DNA from: an uncultured virus (IMG/VR IMGVR_UViG_3300009164_000062)
Taxonomy: Duplodnaviria; Heunggongvirae; Uroviricota; Caudoviricetes
IMG/VR virus record: IMGVR_UViG_3300009164_000062
Length of the DNA: 20,000 bases
Strand: one strand, 5' to 3'
Part shown: in pieces, positions 15,075-20,000 of the stretch
How the letters are laid out: each line of letters begins with the position of its first letter
Numbering within the stretch: the first letter of the stretch is position 1
Made by a program: the position numbers and the translations under genes
The notes under the pieces: model-generated
Seen by the model: the letters and a program-made list of their open reading frames with translations, nothing else
Told to the model about the DNA's origin: nothing
The model's database searches: none

Positions 15075-15481
15075 TGTATATTGGAACAAGTTTAGGTGGA
15101 TGCTTGCAAAGCATGATGGCAAATGAAGTGTCCGAAAAGGAAGTTATGTTTATTGTAACACGTACCGACGCACCTGATTATGAGAGATTTATTAATGTTG
15201 TAAAGGCATATCATGCTCAGGGTAATCCGTTTGCATCACGGCCCGGTAACTATGAACTAGGTGATTATGAATTAGAAGATGTGTTAAAGTTAGCAGAAAC
15301 GCTTTGGTACATGGGTAAGATTCATCAACCTAGATCCTTTATTGGAGCAATGGGTTATCAACATCCATTTAAAGGTGGTGACCAATTATGGTGGCAAGTA
15401 GTGCCTACTAATACTAATAGTAACCCTGCCGCAGTAGATGCGTATGAAAAATATAAGATGTTGGATATACTAACGAGATGA
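15071..15481 (+). CDS. Hypothetical phage protein
   Basis: 136-aa ORF coupled by ATGA overlaps. Confidence 0.75.
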   Translation: MMYIGTSLGGCLQSMMANEVSEKEVMFIVTRTDAPDYERFINVVKAYHAQGNPFASRPGNYELGDYELEDVLKLAETLWYMGKIHQPRSFIGAMGYQHPFKGGDQLWWQVVPTNTNSNPAAVDAYEKYKMLDILTR

Positions 15482-15735
15482 ATGTAAATCCTTTGTTGTG
15501 GTTCAGTGAAAGAAAATTACAACATATCCCTCCTCATTTTATTAAAGCACCTACTGCAATAACAGAAGAATCATTATTTTGGGTAATGACTAAATGTCAA
15601 GGTCGTTATGCTATTGTAAGTGCAGAGGAAGATGTTAATGACATCATGTCTATATTTTCACTTACCCAAAATATATATTTTGAAGACCCGGCCGAAGCAA
15701 TGATGCACGAATTACGCTGGTCTGGCAGTAAATAA
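15478..15735 (+). CDS. Hypothetical phage protein (C-terminal FED...A...F/H-x-L-x-W-type motif)
   Basis: 85-aa ORF with an ATGA overlap. Confidence 0.7.
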   Translation: MNVNPLLWFSERKLQHIPPHFIKAPTAITEESLFWVMTKCQGRYAIVSAEEDVNDIMSIFSLTQNIYFEDPAEAMMHELRWSGSK

Positions 15736-15789
15736 ATTTACTTATGTAAAAATTGTATTAAATATGTTTAGAACCTCAAGGAGATAAAC

Positions 15790-16467
15790 ATGAGTTTTTT
15801 AAGACACGTAGGTAAAATTGGTGATCGTAAAGTTGCAATCATCTTCCGCCAAGTACCGGGCGAACCGCATATGGCTCTAGTAACTTTTACTGAGACATTA
15901 AACAGACACATTCACGACCCAATGATTAAATGCATTGAAAGTGATATTGGTCAAAATAGCAAAGATTTAGCAGATGCGTTGAATCGTACACATACACAAG
16001 ATGGTAAATACATCCTGCAAGTATTGCATGGTCAACGATTAATTAAAAAAGTACAAACTGATACAGTCATAGTCACACCTAATCCACAAACTAAAATCAA
16101 ACTCAATGAGTTAAATAAAATTTTAGATGAAATGGAAGCAGGTGAAAATGCAGTTAAACGTCTTGCTGAAATTGATGATTTAGCCCCAACTGATATTGCA
16201 AAACAATTCAAAGGTGTTGCTCCATCAGCCCCTGAAGGTATATTAGCTGATACTATAATTGCTAAAAGTCTACGTGACCAAGCCGCTAAAATGGATTTAG
16301 AAGCAAAAGGGTTAATGGCTGAGAGTCAACGATTACTTAAAGAAGCCGCTCAATTAGATGGTGCTAAAACCGTAACAGCTAAAAAATCTAAAAAGGCAGC
16401 AACAGTTATTGCAGAAGCCCCGGCTAAAAAACGAGGTCGTCCTGCAAAGGCAGCACTAACAGCATAA
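15790..16467 (+). CDS. Hypothetical phage protein with coiled coil and a Lys/Ala-rich tail containing an AT-hook-like motif
   Basis: AAGGAG RBS and C-terminal APAKKRGRPAKAA. Confidence 0.8.
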   Translation: MSFLRHVGKIGDRKVAIIFRQVPGEPHMALVTFTETLNRHIHDPMIKCIESDIGQNSKDLADALNRTHTQDGKYILQVLHGQRLIKKVQTDTVIVTPNPQTKIKLNELNKILDEMEAGENAVKRLAEIDDLAPTDIAKQFKGVAPSAPEGILADTIIAKSLRDQAAKMDLEAKGLMAESQRLLKEAAQLDGAKTVTAKKSKKAATVIAEAPAKKRGRPAKAALTA

Positions 16468-16473
16468 CATATA

Positions 16474-16770
16474 ATGACACCCGAATACATCAGAAAGTGG
16501 GAACACATACTTGAAGATGTTGACAAAGTAAAAGTACCGGTACAATTTATACGAAAAATAGTAGTACGAATGTCTGGTAAAAAACAACATACTATCAACA
16601 TTCAGGCATTAATGCGTCAAGGATTGGACCCTGAAGAAGTAGAAGAAGTCATTTCTCGCAAGCTACATGAATTGGATCCTTTAATTACAAGTTTTGAATT
16701 TATTCTTAATGTTGAGAGTATTGCAGAAACAGTACAACCAGAAACTGATAAATTACTTGGAAAGTTATGA
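16474..16770 (+). CDS. Hypothetical phage protein
   Basis: 98-aa ORF with ATGA coupling to thyA. Confidence 0.75.
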   Translation: MTPEYIRKWEHILEDVDKVKVPVQFIRKIVVRMSGKKQHTINIQALMRQGLDPEEVEEVISRKLHELDPLITSFEFILNVESIAETVQPETDKLLGKL

Positions 16771-17678
16771 AACAGTATCACGATTTATTGCAAGATATAT
16801 TAGATAACGGAGAAATAAAAGATGACAGAACTGGCGTTGGCACTATTAGTGTGTTTGGACGTAATCTTCGCTTTGATTTGCGTAGGGGCTTTCCAGCTAT
16901 CACTACCAAGCGACTCGCATGGAAAGCCGTCTGCGGTGAACTTCTCTGGTTCATCGAAGGTTCGCAAGACGAAAGGCGTCTTGCGGAGATCACGCATGGC
17001 AGCAAAGAAGGTACCGTAACAATCTGGACACCTAATGCACTTGCAAGTTATTGGAAAGATAAAGCAGGGTATGAAGGTGATTTGGGCCGTGTATATGGAG
17101 TACAATGGCGACACTGGCAAACACCAATAGTCCATAAAAATGAAACATTTAAAGATGATTTTGGTAACAGCTATAACCGCAATGGCAGCATCCATATCAA
17201 AGAAACTGACCAACTAAAGAACTTACTTGAGGGTTTAATCAAAGACCCCAATGGTCGTAGACACATAATCAATGCATGGAATGCAGGTGAATTAGACCAA
17301 ATGGCTTTGCCACCGTGTCACGTGATGAGCCAATTTTATGTCAACAAAAATAAAGAACTCTCTTGTCATATGTACCAGCGCAGTGTGGATGTGTTTCTTG
17401 GTTTACCTTTTAACATTGCTAGCTATGCGTTACTCACTCATTTGATTGCACATCATTGTGGATATAAAGTAGGTGAATTACTCATTAGCACCGGCGACAC
17501 GCATATCTATACCGATCATATTGACCAAGTAAAAGAACAATTAACACGTGCAGAATTTCCCTTACCAACGTTAATGTTAAATTCAAAAAAGAATAATATA
17601 TTTCAAATGACAATGCAAGATGTGCATTTAGAGAATTATCAAAGTCATGGCGCAATCAAAGCAAACATGGCTGTCTGA
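16767..17678 (+). CDS. thyA: Thymidylate synthase
   Basis: DRTGVGT, ELLWFIEG, GRVYGVQWR, MALPPCH, YQRSVDVFLGLPFNIASY, GDTHIY. Confidence 0.97.
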   Translation: MKQYHDLLQDILDNGEIKDDRTGVGTISVFGRNLRFDLRRGFPAITTKRLAWKAVCGELLWFIEGSQDERRLAEITHGSKEGTVTIWTPNALASYWKDKAGYEGDLGRVYGVQWRHWQTPIVHKNETFKDDFGNSYNRNGSIHIKETDQLKNLLEGLIKDPNGRRHIINAWNAGELDQMALPPCHVMSQFYVNKNKELSCHMYQRSVDVFLGLPFNIASYALLTHLIAHHCGYKVGELLISTGDTHIYTDHIDQVKEQLTRAEFPLPTLMLNSKKNNIFQMTMQDVHLENYQSHGAIKANMAV

Positions 17679-17919
17679 TGAAGCAACAATCGAATATGTT
17701 GTGCATAAAATCCCAATGGGGGATGTAGAAGATCCAGATTTGATGGTTGCTAGTCCTATATATGATTGGCAACAAACTTCGGCAGGGAAATATGTAATGG
17801 AAAATAGTTCTCCTACTCCGATGTGGAACAGATTGATTCATGGTCACGGTCATCTTTACACGATTACTGCATATTTTACCCCACAACAATTAACATATTA
17901 TAAGTTGAGATTTGAATGA
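17647..17919 (+). CDS. Hypothetical phage protein (GDVEDPD motif)
   Basis: 90-aa ORF between thyA and the epimerase, with ATGA coupling downstream. The start is uncertain. Confidence 0.65.
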   Translation: MAQSKQTWLSDEATIEYVVHKIPMGDVEDPDLMVASPIYDWQQTSAGKYVMENSSPTPMWNRLIHGHGHLYTITAYFTPQQLTYYKLRFE

Positions 17920-18878
17920 ATATTTTAGTAACAGGTGGATTAGGACTGATAGGTCACAATGTAGTTAAACGACTACAAGATCAAGGACATATTGTATCAA
18001 TCATAGATACAAGAACAAACTATGGAATTATCTCAAAAGACCAAATTGACTATCTAATGTACCAGCGTTTAAAAAAGATAGATGAGTATAACTGTGCAAT
18101 TTATAAAACAGATATTTCAGATAAAGATATTGATGGTATATTTCAGATTGAAGAACCTGAGATTGTAATTCATATGGCTAGCTTTCCTAGACAGAAAGTT
18201 GTTAATGCAAATCCAATGTTAGGTAGTCGTACTATGAGCGAAGGATTACTAAATTTGTTGGAAACTAGTGATAAATATGAAGTACGCAAGTTTATCTATA
18301 TCAGTAGTTCAATGGTATACGGAGACTTTACTGATGATGTTACAGAAGATGCTATATGTAAACCTCAAGGACAATATGGCATTATGAAATTAGCAGGAGA
18401 ATGGCTTGTTAGAGATTATACTCGCAGAACTAATCTTGTCCATACTATCATTCGGCCTAGTGCTGTATACGGACCTTTGGATGTGGAAGACAGAGTTATA
18501 AGTAAATTTTTACTTACAGCAATGCGCGGGGAAACTATCAAAGTTAACGGAGAAAAAGAGACATTAGATTTTACTTATGTTGATGATGCCGCAGATGGGA
18601 TTGTTGCAGCCGCACTCTCAGACAATACAGAGAACAAAACTTACAACATTACAAAAAGTCATAGTGTTACATTATTAGAAGCCGCCCGAATGGCACTAGA
18701 ACTAGCAGGTGGCGGGAACTTAATAGTAGGTGAGAGAGACCTTGATTTCCCTAGCAGAGGAAAATTAAATATTGATGCGGCCAGACGTGATTTTGGATTT
18801 GATCCTAAAGTTGATGTAGAAGAAGGATTTCAAATATACTATGATTGGTTAAAGTCAGACTCATATTTTAATAAATAA
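17916..18878 (+). CDS. NAD-dependent nucleotide-sugar epimerase/dehydratase (extended SDR)
   Basis: LVTGGLGLIG, SSSMVYG, YGIMK, RPSAVYGP, DFTYVDD. Confidence 0.93.
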   Translation: MNILVTGGLGLIGHNVVKRLQDQGHIVSIIDTRTNYGIISKDQIDYLMYQRLKKIDEYNCAIYKTDISDKDIDGIFQIEEPEIVIHMASFPRQKVVNANPMLGSRTMSEGLLNLLETSDKYEVRKFIYISSSMVYGDFTDDVTEDAICKPQGQYGIMKLAGEWLVRDYTRRTNLVHTIIRPSAVYGPLDVEDRVISKFLLTAMRGETIKVNGEKETLDFTYVDDAADGIVAAALSDNTENKTYNITKSHSVTLLEAARMALELAGGGNLIVGERDLDFPSRGKLNIDAARRDFGFDPKVDVEEGFQIYYDWLKSDSYFNK

Positions 18879-18882
18879 CTAT

Positions 18883-19332
18883 ATGTGGATAATATCATTT
18901 TTACCCGATTGGGTCTTTCATGCAATGTTAGCAGTAGGTGTACTGGGAACATTTGTCGGTTTTGTACTGGGTACGGTACCTAGTAGTATCAAACTATATG
19001 CCCTTCCTGTTCGTATTATAAGTTTATTAGTGTTATCACTAGCATTATATCTAGAGGGCGGACTAGCAGATTATAATGCATGGCAACTTAAAGTTAAAGA
19101 AGTTGAAGCTAAACTAGCAGAAGCAGAATTAAAGAGTGCCAAAGAAAATACAAAGATAGTGACTAAAGTAATTACAAAAACACAAATTGTAAGAACTCGA
19201 GGCGAAGATATTGTAAGATATGTTGACCGTGAAATAGTCAAATATGATACAAAGTTTGCTCCAGGTGGAATTTGTGAAATACCTAAAGAATTTATCAAAG
19301 CACATAACGATGCGGCAGAGGCACCAAAATGA
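18883..19332 (+). CDS. Putative inner-membrane spanin (Rz-like)
   Basis: N-terminal TM helices, then a coiled coil and a C-terminal Cys (CEIP...HN). Overlaps a lipoprotein gene. Confidence 0.6.
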   Translation: MWIISFLPDWVFHAMLAVGVLGTFVGFVLGTVPSSIKLYALPVRIISLLVLSLALYLEGGLADYNAWQLKVKEVEAKLAEAELKSAKENTKIVTKVITKTQIVRTRGEDIVRYVDREIVKYDTKFAPGGICEIPKEFIKAHNDAAEAPK

Positions 19333-19616
19333 ATTTACTTAAATTATTTGTACTAGCAATTTTTATTATACTTGCGTTGTTAGCAACAGGGTGTAGTACG
19401 GTAGTACCAGTAACCGCTAAATTCCCTGAAGTGCCAGATAGATTGTTGGTAACTTGCCCTCAATTATCAAAACTAGGTGATGAAGCTACGTTGAGTGATA
19501 TAAGTAAAACAGTTGCAATAAACTATACCACTTACTATGAATGTGCAGTTAAGCACGATGCATTCATAGAGTGGTATAAGATTCAAAAAGATATTTTTGA
19601 TAAAGCTGGTAAATAA
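19329..19616 (+). CDS. Putative outer-membrane lipoprotein spanin (Rz1-like)
   Basis: Lipobox LATG-C, Pro-rich segment (FPEVPDRLLVTCPQL), NYTTYYECA. Confidence 0.68.
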   Translation: MNLLKLFVLAIFIILALLATGCSTVVPVTAKFPEVPDRLLVTCPQLSKLGDEATLSDISKTVAINYTTYYECAVKHDAFIEWYKIQKDIFDKAGK

Positions 19617-20000
19617 TTAATCAGCGTTATTTTTGCACTTAGCACGTTTAGCGTTAGTCAATGCCCCGTAATCAACTGGCCATTCTTTTCCAGGCTGCAA
19701 CTCTGTAGCATTCTTTGGAAAAGCATATTGAACCCCTGCTTGTTTCTGTATATCACCTACTGATACACGGAACTTTGTTAAATCATTGCCCAGGTTAACA
19801 TATGGTTTTGTATGTGGGAATACCCATCCAGCAACTTGTCCTGTAGCTTGATTGATGACAATCTTGTAATAAGCATGCGGTACAATAACACCCTTACCGA
19901 TAGTCAAATCACCAGCGCCATACATAGCTCCAACGTATACTGTAAGAGGTTGGTTCAATTGCACAGCCCATCCCCTGACACTTGTTTCTAGTAATTTCCA
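19617..20000 (-). CDS. C-terminal part of a DNA/RNA non-specific endonuclease (NucA/EndA-like), truncated by the window edge
   Basis: Frame is open to base 20000 (WKLLETSVRGWA...). W-x-x-LE-x-x-x-R, VYVGAMY, VPHAYYKIVI and VSVGDIQKQAG are typical of this family. Confidence 0.8.
   Translation of the reverse strand, partial: WKLLETSVRGWAVQLNQPLTVYVGAMYGAGDLTIGKGVIVPHAYYKIVINQATGQVAGWVFPHTKPYVNLGNDLTKFRVSVGDIQKQAGVQYAFPKNATELQPGKEWPVDYGALTNAKRAKCKNNAD

Noticed and set aside
16767..17678. Base-modifying thymidylate synthase homolog (dCMP hydroxymethylase-like) or intron-split thyA
   Set aside because: Canonical PPCH and YQRSxDxxLGLPFN with the dUMP-specifying Asn are intact and the ORF is continuous. 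The extra residues after QWRHW lie in a variable loop.
3625..19298. Short antisense or alternative-frame ORFs in the track (e.g. 3625-3939, 3846-4115, 5695-5961, 7595-7822, 12371-12613, 13503-13904, 16800-17213, 19071-19298)
   Set aside because: They overlap well-supported genes, lack RBS or recognisable motifs, and look like shadow ORFs.
1..20000. Stop-codon reassignment (alternative genetic code)
   Set aside because: Recognisable genes are full-length under the standard code, coding density is high, and TAA, TGA and TAG all end genes at plausible positions.

Overview
AT-rich, densely packed, mostly + strand DNA that reads as part of a large tailed-phage genome. Support: thyA, a MoxR-type AAA+/vWA pair, a spanin-like pair, many short overlapping hypothetical genes, sigma70-like and T4-late-like promoters. 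The host is probably a proteobacterium, inferred from the PqqA and tmRNA tag sequences. Bases 1-7008 are a tightly coupled sugar/cyclitol-modification cluster: RuBisCO-like C-terminus, APH-like kinase, EEVS-type sedoheptulose-7-phosphate cyclase, SDR, carbamoyltransferase and a repeat-rich GT-like protein. The most striking element is at about 7289-7985. It is a circularly permuted (two-piece) tmRNA gene (tag ANDSQFALAA) whose 382-nt intervening segment is filled almost exactly by a GNAT-like ORF. That segment is closed by a long-range stem that buries the ORF's ribosome-binding site. A stand-alone pqqA gene, missed by the ORF track, follows directly, and an outer-membrane beta-barrel gene lies nearby. 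All calls come from reading motifs by eye; no searches or folding programs were run.
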